DNA of 64,000 nucleotides from an uncultured Actinomycetota bacterium (GTDB lineage Bacteria > Actinomycetota > Actinomycetes > Actinomycetales > JAHECE01), in the NCBI GenBank assembly GCA_963780675.1, contig CAWACR010000003.1, forward strand, positions 981,454 to 1,045,453, given 5' to 3'. Below the pieces are notes generated by a model that ran no database searches, was not told where the DNA came from, and saw only the letters and a list, made by a program, of their open reading frames with translations. Every line of letters begins with the position of its first letter. The first letter of the stretch is position 1. Shown piece by piece: positions 1 to 9,062 of the stretch. The position numbers and the translations under genes were made by a program.

Positions 1-299
1 TCGTCGGCGGCCGACCCCTCGTCGAGGAACGTGGCGACCCCCTCGTTGGAGTGGGCTAGCGCCTCGCGAGCCGCCTCGACCACGCGGACGGCGGTCACCG
101 GCGCAAGCACGTCTGCCGTTCCGAGGTCCCAGGCCGCGGTGGCCCGGCGGACGAGCTGGGCGTCGAGCGTGGCCCGGGACTCCCGCACGCGGCGGTGGAG
201 GCGGTCGAGCCGCGACGCAGCGGCCCACACCACCCAGAGGGTGATCAGAACCGCCACGAGGACGACGAGCGCCCAGGCGGTCCATGCGGCGTCGGTCAC
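1..299 (-). CDS. membrane-anchored hypothetical protein, 5' part only (continues past the left edge)
   Basis: GTG at 299 overlaps the pimA stop (GTGA). Translation VTDAAWTAWALVVLVAVLITLWVVWAAASRLDRLHRRVRESRATLDAQL gives one N-terminal TM helix followed by a charged helix. It is absent from the ORF track because the window edge truncates it. Confidence 0.5.
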   Translation of the reverse strand, partial: MTDAAWTAWALVVLVAVLITLWVVWAAASRLDRLHRRVRESRATLDAQLVRRATAAWDLGTADVLAPVTAVRVVEAAREALAHSNEGVATFLDEGSAAD

Positions 300-1450
300 G
301 GTCTCCCCCGTCGGGATCGCGGGTCGACGGCGACGGGGTGCCCGGCCGTGCGGGCCACCATCGCGTAGACGTCGAGGATGTGCGCGGCCACCTGCGGCCA
401 GTCGTAGCGCTCGACGTGCCGGTCGGCGACCGCCGTCGTCCGCGCGCGCAGCTCCGGGTCGGACAGCGCCCGGCAGAGGGTGTCGGCAAGGGCCGCCGGA
501 TCGCCCACCGGAAAGAGGAGCCCGGCCTCGCCGTCGGCCAGAACCTGGCGGAAGGCGTTGAGGGCGCTGGCCACGACGCACGCGCCGGCGCTCATCGCCT
601 CGACGAGCACGATGCCGAAGCTCTCGCCACCCGTGTGGGGCGCCACGTAGACGTCGACGGACGCCAGCAGCGAGGCCTTGTCCTCCTCGCTGACACCGCC
701 GAGGTAGGTGACGGAGTCGCCGACATCGCCCAGCTTCTCCTTTGCCCACTCGACGTCGCCCCGCCCGGCGACGAGGAACCGGACGCCGGGCATGCGCCGC
801 ACGACCTCGGGGATCGCTTCGACCAGGACGGGCAGGCCCTTGCGGGGCTCGTCGAGGCGGCCGAGGAACGCCACGGTCGGGCGCTCCGGCGTGCCCTGCC
901 ACTCCGGCTTCGGCGTCGCGGCCCGGTACCGCTCGACGTAGACCCCGTTGGGGATGACGACGGCGTCCCCGCCGAGGTGCTCCACCAGCGTGCGCCGCGC
1001 CTCCTCGGACACCGCGATCCGGGCCGAGATCTTCTCCAGGGCAGGCCGCACCATCGGGAAGGCGATCTGCATCGCGCGGGACCGGTCGTTCGCGGTGTGG
1101 AACGTCGCGACGATCGGGCCGTCGGCGATGAGTACCGCGAGCCCCCCGAGGCTCGGGGTGACGGGCTCATGGACGTGAAGGACGTCGAACTGCCCGGCGA
1201 CCAGCCACTTCCGGACCCTGGCCGCGCTGACCGGGCCGAAGCTCAGGCGGGCCACCGAGCCGTTGTAGCGCACCGGAACCGTGCGGCCCGCAGACACGAG
1301 GTAGTCGGGCACCGGCGTCTCGTCGTCTGCGGGGGCCAGGACCGATACCTCATGACCGAGGGCGATGAGCTGCTCGGCGAGGTCCTGGACGTGGATCTGC
1401 ACGCCCCCGGGCACGTCGAAGGAGTACGGGCAGACGATGCCGATCCTCAT
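296..1450 (-). CDS. pimA: phosphatidylinositol alpha-mannosyltransferase (GT4)
   Basis: ATG at 1450 (MRIGIVCPYSFDVPGGVQIHV...). GT4 core is present (ESFGIVLVEAMSAG). It sits in the conserved thrS-HIT-pgsA-acyltransferase-pimA order known from mycobacteria. The longer ORF 296..2569 is only upstream read-through. Confidence 0.9.
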   Translation of the reverse strand: MRIGIVCPYSFDVPGGVQIHVQDLAEQLIALGHEVSVLAPADDETPVPDYLVSAGRTVPVRYNGSVARLSFGPVSAARVRKWLVAGQFDVLHVHEPVTPSLGGLAVLIADGPIVATFHTANDRSRAMQIAFPMVRPALEKISARIAVSEEARRTLVEHLGGDAVVIPNGVYVERYRAATPKPEWQGTPERPTVAFLGRLDEPRKGLPVLVEAIPEVVRRMPGVRFLVAGRGDVEWAKEKLGDVGDSVTYLGGVSEEDKASLLASVDVYVAPHTGGESFGIVLVEAMSAGACVVASALNAFRQVLADGEAGLLFPVGDPAALADTLCRALSDPELRARTTAVADRHVERYDWPQVAAHILDVYAMVARTAGHPVAVDPRSRRGRP

Positions 1451-2442
1451 GCGGGCTCCGTCCCCGCTCCCCTGTCCGTTCCCTTGACAGGGTCCGTCCC
1501 GGCCGCGCCGGTCGCCGCCGCGAGACGTACCGGGTCGAGGTCGTCGACGAACACCTTCTGGAGCATGTGCCAACTCTGTGGACGGGCGTTCAGCGACTCC
1601 ACGACGGCGTCGACCCAGGCCTGGGTCAGCGCCGCGATGGCCTCTTCGCGCGTGGGGGCCTGCGGCATCTCCAGGGCCGGCGCGAAGTCCAGCACGGTGC
1701 CCCACGGGGTTCCGGCGGCCCGCCGTCGTGTCCCGTGCAGCCGCTCGTAGTAGATGCGGGTGGGGTAGACCCGGGAGCCCGTGGCGAGCGAGAGCGCTGC
1801 CGGTCCGGGGGCGACCCGCGCCCGATGACCGGCGAGCGTCACCTCGATGCCGCCGCGGGAGAGGTCCCGGTCCGCGAGCAGCGGGATGATGTGCCCTCCC
1901 GTCTTCGCGTGCCGGATGAGCGTGCGGAAGACGTTGCCGCCCTTCTCGTACGGCACGACGATGACTCCCTGCGCCTCGCGGAAGGCGAGGAACTCCTGGT
2001 ACAGCTCCTCGGGCTCGAGTCGCTCCACCACGGTCACGACCGGCCCCAGGTTGCGGACCGACCACGAGCCCGAGAGGTCCCAGTTGCCGGTGTGGGCGAC
2101 CGCCAGGACGACGCTCTTGCCCTCGGCGAGGTCGGCCTTGAGGTCCTCGCCACCCGCGAGGCGCACCCGGGCGTCGAGCCGCTCGCCGGTCCAGCCGGGC
2201 ATCTGGAAGGTCTCGCAGTAGTACCGCATGTACGAGCGCATCCCGGCCCGCGACAGGCGCCGGAGCTGCCGGCGCGATGCCTCGGGCCGCAGCCGCTGGA
2301 GGTTGCGTTCGAGCTGGCGCACCCCGCCACCGTGGGCGAGCCACGCCCCGAGGGCGACCAGGTCGAAGATGGCGCGGCCCACCGGGTCGGGAAGCCTGGG
2401 GACGATCCGCCACCCCAGCGCGAAGGCCTTGCCCGCGTTCAC
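1447..2442 (-). CDS. phosphatidylinositol mannoside acyltransferase (HtrB/LpxL-type lauroyl acyltransferase family)
   Basis: GTG at 2442 (VNAGKAFALGWRIVPRLP...) overlaps the pgsA stop (GTGA). The HTGNWD acyltransferase motif is present. The stop overlaps the pimA start (ATGA). Confidence 0.85.
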   Translation of the reverse strand: MNAGKAFALGWRIVPRLPDPVGRAIFDLVALGAWLAHGGGVRQLERNLQRLRPEASRRQLRRLSRAGMRSYMRYYCETFQMPGWTGERLDARVRLAGGEDLKADLAEGKSVVLAVAHTGNWDLSGSWSVRNLGPVVTVVERLEPEELYQEFLAFREAQGVIVVPYEKGGNVFRTLIRHAKTGGHIIPLLADRDLSRGGIEVTLAGHRARVAPGPAALSLATGSRVYPTRIYYERLHGTRRRAAGTPWGTVLDFAPALEMPQAPTREEAIAALTQAWVDAVVESLNARPQSWHMLQKVFVDDLDPVRLAAATGAAGTDPVKGTDRGAGTEPA

Positions 2443-3119
2443 GCGGCGCCCCCGGCCGGCGTCGGCCCCTCGCCCTCGGCGGCGACCCGCGCCGCCGACT
2501 GGCGGTAGACGGTCGCCATCCGCTGGTAGACGGTGACGGCGCTCGCCACGGCGAGCAGGGCCAGCGCACCGGTCAGCACGGCCACCGGGGCACCGAACCC
2601 GACGGCGGCCGTGGCCACGAGAGCGACCACGAGCCGGTCGGTCCGTTCGGCGATACCGACAGCGGCCGTCATACCGAGGCCCTCGGCCCGCGCTCGGGCG
2701 TAGGGCACGATCGAGCCCAGGAACAGGCAGGCGAGAGCGGCGACGGCGGCCCACGCCGGGTCGTTCGCGCCGCCGTCGCCGGAGGCGGCCGTCGTGGCGC
2801 CCCAGAGGACCAGACCCAGGAAGATCGCGCCGTCGGCGAATCGGTCCATCGTGGAGTCGAGGAAGGCGCCCCAGGGCCCCGTCCTACCGATGCGGCGCGC
2901 CATCTGCCCGTCGATCGTGTCCGTCAGGGTGAAGAACGCGACGAGGAAGGCGCCGCCCGCCAGCCGCCCGGTGGGGAAGAACCAGAGCGCGGTCGCCATG
3001 ACGCCGAGGGTTCCGGCCACGGTGACCACGTCCGGGGAGACGCCCCGTCGCACGAGGAACGCGGCGACCGGGCCGAACACCGCGGTGGCGAAACCGCGAC
3101 CCTTGCTGCTGAGGGTCAT
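2439..3119 (-). CDS. pgsA: CDP-alcohol phosphatidyltransferase, phosphatidylinositol-phosphate synthase type
   Basis: ATG at 3119 (MTLSSKGRGF...). CDP-alcohol motif DGQMARRIGRTGPWGAFLDSTMDRFAD is present, with several TM segments. Synteny with pimA supports the call. Confidence 0.85.
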   Translation of the reverse strand: MTLSSKGRGFATAVFGPVAAFLVRRGVSPDVVTVAGTLGVMATALWFFPTGRLAGGAFLVAFFTLTDTIDGQMARRIGRTGPWGAFLDSTMDRFADGAIFLGLVLWGATTAASGDGGANDPAWAAVAALACLFLGSIVPYARARAEGLGMTAAVGIAERTDRLVVALVATAAVGFGAPVAVLTGALALLAVASAVTVYQRMATVYRQSAARVAAEGEGPTPAGGAA

Positions 3120-3757
3120 GACTGTTCCCCTTCCCGGGCCGCGACGGCGGCGAGGCGCCGCTGCTCGCGCGCCCACCCGGCGGCCAGCTTCTCGCGCGTC
3201 CGGCCGAGCAGCTCCGGCACCGCCTTCGTGCCTGCGACGATGGGCAGGAAGTTCGAGTCGCCCGACCACCGCGGGACGACGTGCTGGTGGAGGTGGCCCG
3301 CGATGCCGGCGCCGGCGATCGCGCCCTGGTTGATGCCGAGGTTGAACCCGTCGGGCGCCGAGACCGCCCGGATGACGCGCATCGCCGTCGCGGTCATCTC
3401 CGCGATCTCTACGCGCTGCTCCGGCGTCAGGTCGGCGTAGTCCGCGACGTGCTCGTAGGGGCACACGAGCAGGTGGCCGGGGTTGTACGGGTACAGGTTG
3501 AGGACGGCGTACGCCAGCGCACCGCGGTGCACGATCAGGCCCTCGACGTCGCCGCGCCCCGGCGCCCGGCAGAACGGGCACTCGGGACCGGGTCGGTCGT
3601 GCACGGGCTTGTCCTCGCCGGCGATGTAGACCATCCGGTGCGGGGTCCACAGGCGTTCGAAACCGTCCTCGGAGCGGGCGAAGGTCTCCGCCGCCTCGTG
3701 AGCCTCGCGCCCGGCGTCGGCCTCGTGCCCGGCGTGCGGGGCGCCGTCGTCGACCAT
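3116..3757 (-). CDS. HIT-family nucleotide hydrolase/phosphorylase (Ap4A phosphorylase-like)
   Basis: ATG at 3757 (MVDDGAPHAG...). Histidine triad HLHQHVVP is present. The position between thrS and pgsA matches the mycobacterial Rv2613c locus. Confidence 0.8.
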   Translation of the reverse strand: MVDDGAPHAGHEADAGREAHEAAETFARSEDGFERLWTPHRMVYIAGEDKPVHDRPGPECPFCRAPGRGDVEGLIVHRGALAYAVLNLYPYNPGHLLVCPYEHVADYADLTPEQRVEIAEMTATAMRVIRAVSAPDGFNLGINQGAIAGAGIAGHLHQHVVPRWSGDSNFLPIVAGTKAVPELLGRTREKLAAGWAREQRRLAAVAAREGEQS

Positions 3758-5777
3758 CACACCTGGGTCCGGTCGCGGACCGCGGCGACCACCCGCTCGA
3801 TCGCTTCGTCGACGGGCACGCCGTTGTCCTGGCGGCCGTCGCGGAAGCGGAACGAGACCGGCCACGCCTCGGCGTCCTCCCCGCCCGCGATGAGCACGAA
3901 CGGCACCTTCTCCTGGGTCGCGGTGCGGATCTTCTTGTGGAAGCGTTCGTCGGAGTCGTCCAGGTCAGCGCGGATCCCACGGGCGCGCAGGCGGGCGACG
4001 ACGTCCGCCAGGTAGTCGTTGAACGGCTCCGCCACCGGCACCGCGAGCACCTGGACGGGGGCGAGCCAGGCGGGGAACGCGCCGGCGTAGTGCTCGGTGA
4101 GGACGCCGAAGAAGCGCTCGATCGAGCCGAAGAGGGCGCGGTGGATCATGACGGGGCGCTGCCGCGTGCCGTCGGGGGCGGTGTACTCCAGCTCGAACCG
4201 CTCGGGCAGGTTGAAGTCGAGCTGGATCGTCGACATCTGCCACGTGCGGCCGATGGCGTCCTTGCGTCTGGACCGAGATCTTCGGGCCGTAGAAGGCGGC
4301 GCCGCCGGGGTCGGGACGCAGCTCCAGGCCCGGACTCCGTCGCCGACCTCGGCGAGGGTCGCCGTCGCCTCCTCCCAGACCTCGTCGTCCCCCACGAACT
4401 TCTCGGGGTTCCTGGTGGACAGCTCGAGGTAGAAGTCGTCGAGGCCGTAGTCCTTGAGCAGGTCGAGGACGAACGTCAGGAGCGGTGGTGAGCTCGCCCT
4501 TCATCTGCTCGCGGGTGCAGTAGATGTGGGCGTCGTCCTGGGTGAAGCCGCGGGCGCGGGTGAGGCCGTGCACCACGCCGGACTTCTCGTAGCGGTAGAC
4601 GGTGCCGAACTCGAACAGCCGCAGCGGCAGCTCGCGGTAGGAGCGCCCGCGCGAACCGGAAGATGAGGTTGTGCATGGGGCAGTTCATCGGCTTGAGGTA
4701 GTAGTCCTGGCCCTGCTTGCGTGAGCTCGCCGTCGGCGTCCGTGCTCCTCGTCGATGTGCATGGGCGGGTACATGCCCTCCGCGTACCAGTCGAGGTGGC
4801 CGGAGATCTGGAAGAGCGCGGCCTTGGTGATGTGCGGGGAGTAGACGAACTCGTAGCCCTCCTCGACGTGGCGGCGGCGGGAGTACTCCTCCATCTCCTT
4901 GCGGATGATGCCGCCCTTGGGGTGGAAGACCGGCGAGGCCGGAGCCGATCTCGTCGGGGAAGGAGAAGAGGTCGAGCTCGGCGCCGAGCTGGCGGTGGTC
5001 GCGCCGCTCGGCCTCGGCCAGGCGCTCCTGGTAGGCGCGCCAGCTCGTCCTTGGTCGGCCACGCGGTGCCGTAGACGCGCTGGAGCTGGGGGTTCTTCTC
5101 GCTCCCCCGCCAGTAGGCGGCGGCGCTGCGGTGAGCGGCGCAGCCGTTGCCGAGCAGCCTGGTGCTCGGCAGGTGCGGGCCGCGGCAGAGGTCCTTCCAG
5201 ACGACCGTGCCGTCCCGGCGGACGTTGTCGTAGATCGTCAGCTCGCCCGCGCCCGACCTCGACCGCCGCGCCCTCGGCGGCGGCCGCGGCGTCGGCGCCG
5301 GCCCTTGAGGCCGATGAGCTCGAGCTTGTACGGCTCGTCGGCGAGCTCGGCGACGCGCCTCCTCGTCGGTGACCACGCGGCGTCGGAAGGTCTGGCTCTC
5401 TCGACGATGCGCTGCATCACCTTCTCGAGGGCCTTGAGGTACTCGGGGGTGAACGGGCTCTGCGACGTCGAAGTCGTAGTAGAAGCCGTCCGTGATCGGC
5501 GGGCCGATGCCGAGCTTGGCGGCGGGATTGACCTCCTGGACCGCCTGCGCGAGCACGTGCGCGCAGGAGTGGCGCAGGATCGGCGAGCCCGTCGGGGCTG
5601 TCGATCGGTGACGGCGTCGATCCGTCGTCCGGACGCGACCGGCGCCGCGAGGTCGCGCAGCTCGTCGTCGACGCGCATCACGACGACGTCCCGTCGTCCG
5701 CCGAAGAGGTCGAGACCCGTGGTGCCGGGCTCGATGACCCGCTCGGATCCGTCGACGATCACTGCCAGCTCGGGCAC
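3757..5777 (-). pseudogene. thrS: threonyl-tRNA synthetase, reading frame broken by many single-base indels
   Basis: ThrRS peptides are spread over all three minus frames. Examples: VPELAVIVDG..., [210 protein letters not shown] traced about 13-15 frame changes between ~4260 and ~5610. The ends (3757-4250 and 5620-5777) are clean. Confidence 0.85.
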
Positions 5778-5922
5778 GGTGGCTCCAGGGTCGGGTGCGG
5801 GTGAACCTGGACGATGCTACCGATCGCGGGCCTGGGACCCCGGCTTCCTATCGGCGCGTACCCCGACCCGGGGGCTGGCCCGCCGCGCCGCGCCGTTGAG
5901 GAGCGACGGGCCAGGAGAGATG

Positions 5923-6075
5923 TCAGTCGTTGAGCTTCTTGGCCTGCTCGGCCACCTTGTCGACCGTCGCGTCGACGTCGTCCGACGTGACGCCCTTGAT
6001 CGTGCCCGCGACCTGATCGATCGTCTCGTCCGGCAGTGCGCTCTTCGCCTTCGCGACGATGTCGTCGATACCCAT
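5923..6075 (-). CDS. small hypothetical protein (50 aa), resembles the MT0933-type small 'antitoxin-like' helical proteins
   Basis: ATG at 6075 preceded by GGAG. Translation is MGIDDIVAKAKSALPDETIDQVAGTIKGVTSDDVDATVDKVAEQAKKLND. It is below the 60-aa cutoff of the ORF track. Confidence 0.45.
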   Translation of the reverse strand: MGIDDIVAKAKSALPDETIDQVAGTIKGVTSDDVDATVDKVAEQAKKLND

Positions 6076-6212
6076 CCGCGTCTCCGTCCATCGACCCCGC
6101 CGGCCGCGACGACCGGACGAGGCCGAGGCTAGACCTCCGTGTCAGGGGCGTCCATCGGTTCGCGTGCACAGAGAAAGGCCCGCGACGTCGATACCTCGCG
6201 GGCCATTTCTGA

Positions 6213-6287
6213 TGGTGGGCGATACTGGGTTCGAACCAGTGACCTCCTCGGTGTGAACGAGGCGCTCTACCACTGAGCCAATCGCCC
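6213..6287 (-). tRNA. tRNA-Val (anticodon CAC), CCA encoded
   Basis: Reverse complement is GGGCGATTGGCTCAGTGGTAGAGCGCCTCGTTCACACCGAGGAGGTCACTGGTTCGAACCCAGTATCGCCCACCA. It folds as a cloverleaf, with anticodon loop TTCACAC. Confidence 0.9.
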
Positions 6288-6377
6288 GTGCGGCCGGTCC
6301 CGGACCGGCCGCACGATGCTAGCGGACTCTCGTCCGGATTGCCGAACCGGGTACGGCGGACGGCCTCGGCGGCCGAC

Positions 6378-7211
6378 TCACGGGTCGACGTCGGCCGCCC
6401 GCCTCGCGTCGAAGACCTGCGACAGTCGCGCAGTCAGAGGCCCCGGCTCCAGAGCCCGCCCGTCGACCGCCACGATGGGGACGACACCCTTGAGGCTCGA
6501 GGTGAGGGCCGCGTGCCGCGCCTCGTGCAGAGCCCCGACGGGCAGCGTCACCTCCCGCACGGGCAGGCCGGCCGCGCCCGACCACTCCAGGACGAGCTCG
6601 CGCGTGACCCCGGCGAGGCAGCCCGCGCTGAGCGGCGGCGTCAGCACCTCGCCGTCGACCTCCACGAAGACGTTCGAGAAGCTGCCCTCGCAGAGCTCGC
6701 CGCGCGTGTTGGCGAAGATCGCCTCGTCCGCTCCGCGCTCGTGCGCCCGGGCCAGGGCGACGACGTTCTCGGCGTAGGACGTGGTCTTCAGGCCGGCGAC
6801 GGCAGAGCGCTCGTTGCGCGTCCAGTCGACCACGTGTACCCGCATGGGGCCGGGAGACCGGGCCGGGGCGGCGGCGACGACGAACGTCGGAGGCGCGGCC
6901 CCCCGATCCGAGCCCAGAGCCGCGGCGCCCCCGGTCACGGTGATCCGCAGCCGCCCGGTGGTCGTGCCCCACGCGGCGGTGACCTCCTCGACAGCGCCCC
7001 GGACGACGTCGTCGGGCGGGAGGGCGAGGCCGAGCCCCGCCGCCGACCGGGCCAGCCGGATCAGGTGCCGGGTCAGGGCGAAGACGCGCCCGTCGACGAG
7101 CTCGCACGTCTCGAAGACCCCGTCCCCCACGGTGAACCCGTGGTCCAGGACGCTGATCAGCGGAGTGTCGGCGTCCCGGATCGCGCCGTCGAACCAGACG
7201 ATCGTGCTCAC
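6378..7211 (-). CDS. pabC: class IV aminotransferase, aminodeoxychorismate lyase-like
   Basis: GTG at 7211 overlaps the upstream stop (GTGA). Family-typical segments are present (DHGFTVGDGVFET, LKTTSYAENV, SNVFVV-type). It is paired with a chorismate-binding enzyme. Confidence 0.7.
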   Translation of the reverse strand: MSTIVWFDGAIRDADTPLISVLDHGFTVGDGVFETCELVDGRVFALTRHLIRLARSAAGLGLALPPDDVVRGAVEEVTAAWGTTTGRLRITVTGGAAALGSDRGAAPPTFVVAAAPARSPGPMRVHVVDWTRNERSAVAGLKTTSYAENVVALARAHERGADEAIFANTRGELCEGSFSNVFVEVDGEVLTPPLSAGCLAGVTRELVLEWSGAAGLPVREVTLPVGALHEARHAALTSSLKGVVPIVAVDGRALEPGPLTARLSQVFDARRAADVDP

Positions 7212-8485
7212 CCGAGCACCATCTCACGCGAGGCGAGCGCGATGAGTCTGCTTGCCTTCAGTTCCGTCTCGTCCCACTCGAGCGCCGGGTCGCTCCCCCA
7301 GGTGATGCCGGCGCCGGTGCCGAAACGGAGCGTGCCCTCGCTCCACCAGAAGGTCCGGATCCCGACGGCGAGCTCGGCGCTTCCGGAGTCGGCGTCGATC
7401 CACCCGATCGCACCGCAGTAGGGACCGCGAGGGACGGGCTCGAGCGCCGAGATCAGGCGCAGCGCGCTCGACTTGGGCGCCCCCGACACGGAGCCGGCGG
7501 GCAGGGCGGCCGCGATCAGGTCCCGCCACACGGCGACCGGCTCGTCGGCCGCCAACCGCCCGCGCACGGTGGAGACGAGGTGGACGAGCCCGGGGTGCTC
7601 CTCGACCTCAAGGAGGCGCGTTACCTCGACCGTGCCCGCCAGGCAGACCCGCTGCAGGTCGTTCCGGACGAGGTCGGTGATCATGAGGTTCTCGGCGCGG
7701 TCCTTGTCGGTGAGGTCGGCGGCGGTGCGGCCCGTGCCCTTGATGGGCCGGGACGTGACGTACCCGTGCTCGACGGCGAGCGAGAGCTCCGGGGACGCGC
7801 TCACCACCCAGACGGGCGGGACGACGAGGTGGTGCGGGGCGCCGTCGGGAACCGGTTCGAGGTCGGCCGGCTCCGCGGGAACGTGGACCCCACCCGCGTA
7901 CGGAGCGGGGTTGCCGCCGGCCAGGACCGCGGCGAGCCCGGTCGCCGACGGCTCGCCGGACCCGGCCTCGAGCGGGGCGCTGAGCACGCGGCAGATGTTC
8001 GCCTGGTAGACCTCGCCCTCCCGGACGGCCTCCCTGACCGACTCGACCGCCCCGCAGTAGCGCTCGCGGTCCATGGAGGACCTCCAGGCCGAGAGCTCGG
8101 GCCCTGACCAGGTCGGATGCGCGGGGAGGTCGAACCCGGGCCCGGTACGCGCGACGTCGGCGAACCGCCAGGCGTGGACGGCTCCCTCGAACTCCCCCAC
8201 CACTGCCCACCACCCGCCCTCGGCGAGGGCTTCGGGCGAGAGGCTCAGGTCTGCGTACGCCGTGACCCCCCTGGCGCGCCACCCGCTGAACCAGGCCTCA
8301 CCACGGGCGACTCGGCGCGGTGGGGGACTCCCGCGGGGCGAACGGTGGTTCGTTCGACACCCGCGGGCGGGACGTGGGCACCCTCCGGCGGCATGCCGAC
8401 ACCGTAGCCGCGGGTTTGGACTCGACCGCGCGGCTCGGCTAGAGTCTGCGAGGCGCAGTTGAGCCGGGAAGCCCCGGATCAGCAC
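7208..8485 (-). CDS. pabB: chorismate-binding enzyme, aminodeoxychorismate synthase component I-like (start uncertain)
   Basis: The C-terminal chorismate-binding domain is clear (GEVYQANICRVLSAP, RPIKGTGRT, ENLMITDLVRNDLQRV, GSVSGAPK, RGPYCGAIGW). The only in-frame ATG/GTG/TTG upstream of the conserved part is GTG at 8485, 4 nt from tRNA-Gly. The first ~60 codons are Arg/Pro-rich and look non-coding. Confidence 0.65.
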   Translation of the reverse strand: MLIRGFPAQLRLADSSRAARSSPNPRLRCRHAAGGCPRPARGCRTNHRSPRGSPPPRRVARGEAWFSGWRARGVTAYADLSLSPEALAEGGWWAVVGEFEGAVHAWRFADVARTGPGFDLPAHPTWSGPELSAWRSSMDRERYCGAVESVREAVREGEVYQANICRVLSAPLEAGSGEPSATGLAAVLAGGNPAPYAGGVHVPAEPADLEPVPDGAPHHLVVPPVWVVSASPELSLAVEHGYVTSRPIKGTGRTAADLTDKDRAENLMITDLVRNDLQRVCLAGTVEVTRLLEVEEHPGLVHLVSTVRGRLAADEPVAVWRDLIAAALPAGSVSGAPKSSALRLISALEPVPRGPYCGAIGWIDADSGSAELAVGIRTFWWSEGTLRFGTGAGITWGSDPALEWDETELKASRLIALASREMVLG

Positions 8486-8489
8486 GCAC

Positions 8490-8562
8490 GCGGACGTGGC
8501 TCAGTTGGTAGAGCATCACCTTGCCAAGGTGAGGGTCGCGGGTTCGAATCCCGTCGTCCGCT
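8490..8562 (+). tRNA. tRNA-Gly (anticodon GCC)
   Basis: Sequence is GCGGACGTGGCTCAGTTGGTAGAGCATCACCTTGCCAAGGTGAGGGTCGCGGGTTCGAATCCCGTCGTCCGCT. Acceptor GCGGACG pairs with CGTCCGC, and the anticodon loop is TTGCCAA. Confidence 0.9.
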
Positions 8563-8605
8563 CGAAGGGCTCCACCACCACCCAAGGTGGGACCTGAAGC
8601 CTCAG

Positions 8606-8676
8606 GGTGGAGTGGCCGAGAGGCGAGGCAGCGGCCTGCAAAGCCGTCTACACGGGTTCGAATCCCGTCTCCACCT
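8606..8676 (+). tRNA. tRNA-Cys (anticodon GCA)
   Basis: Sequence is GGTGGAGTGGCCGAGAGGCGAGGCAGCGGCCTGCAAAGCCGTCTACACGGGTTCGAATCCCGTCTCCACCT. The anticodon loop contains GCA. Confidence 0.9.
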
Positions 8677-8689
8677 CGCATCTTGTATC

Positions 8690-8764
8690 GGGCGATTGGC
8701 GCAGCGGTAGCGCGCTTCCTTGACACGGAAGAGGTCACTGGTTCGATCCCAGTATCGCCCACCA
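8690..8764 (+). tRNA. tRNA-Val (anticodon GAC), CCA encoded
   Basis: Sequence is GGGCGATTGGCGCAGCGGTAGCGCGCTTCCTTGACACGGAAGAGGTCACTGGTTCGATCCCAGTATCGCCCACCA. The anticodon loop is TTGACAC. Confidence 0.9.
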
Positions 8765-8774
8765 GTAGAGAAAT

Positions 8775-8810
8775 GGCCCCCGACCTGCGGAAACGCAGGT
8801 ATCGGGGGCC
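8775..8810 (+). terminator. stem-loop after the tRNA cluster
   Basis: GGCCCCCGA-CCTGCG-GAAA-CGCAGG-TA-TCGGGGGCC forms a 9-bp outer stem and a 6-bp inner stem with a GAAA loop. There is no clear T-tract. Confidence 0.5.
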
Positions 8811-9062
8811 GTCGTCTTGACGAAGGCGCGGGACGGCGGAGCGCCCGGAGTACCTGCGCCGGCCGGAGGGCGAGGGCCCCCGCGAGGTGGGGGGCGCCGT
8901 CGTCGGCGCTCCTTCTGCGGAAGGTCCGTCGCGCCCACCGCAAGGAACGTTCCGCACAGGTCGCGAGCCGGTACGGGGTGACGACGGCGAGGGGCGCGCC
9001 GCGCGGTTCCGTCGCCTCGCCGGAGCGCTCGCGCGGCGTGGGCGATCTGCGGGAGGGCTGAC

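Noticed and set aside
3757-5777. Programmed ribosomal frameshifting or recoding in thrS.
   Set aside because: More than a dozen frame changes in both directions, with no slippery-site pattern, cannot be programmed recoding.
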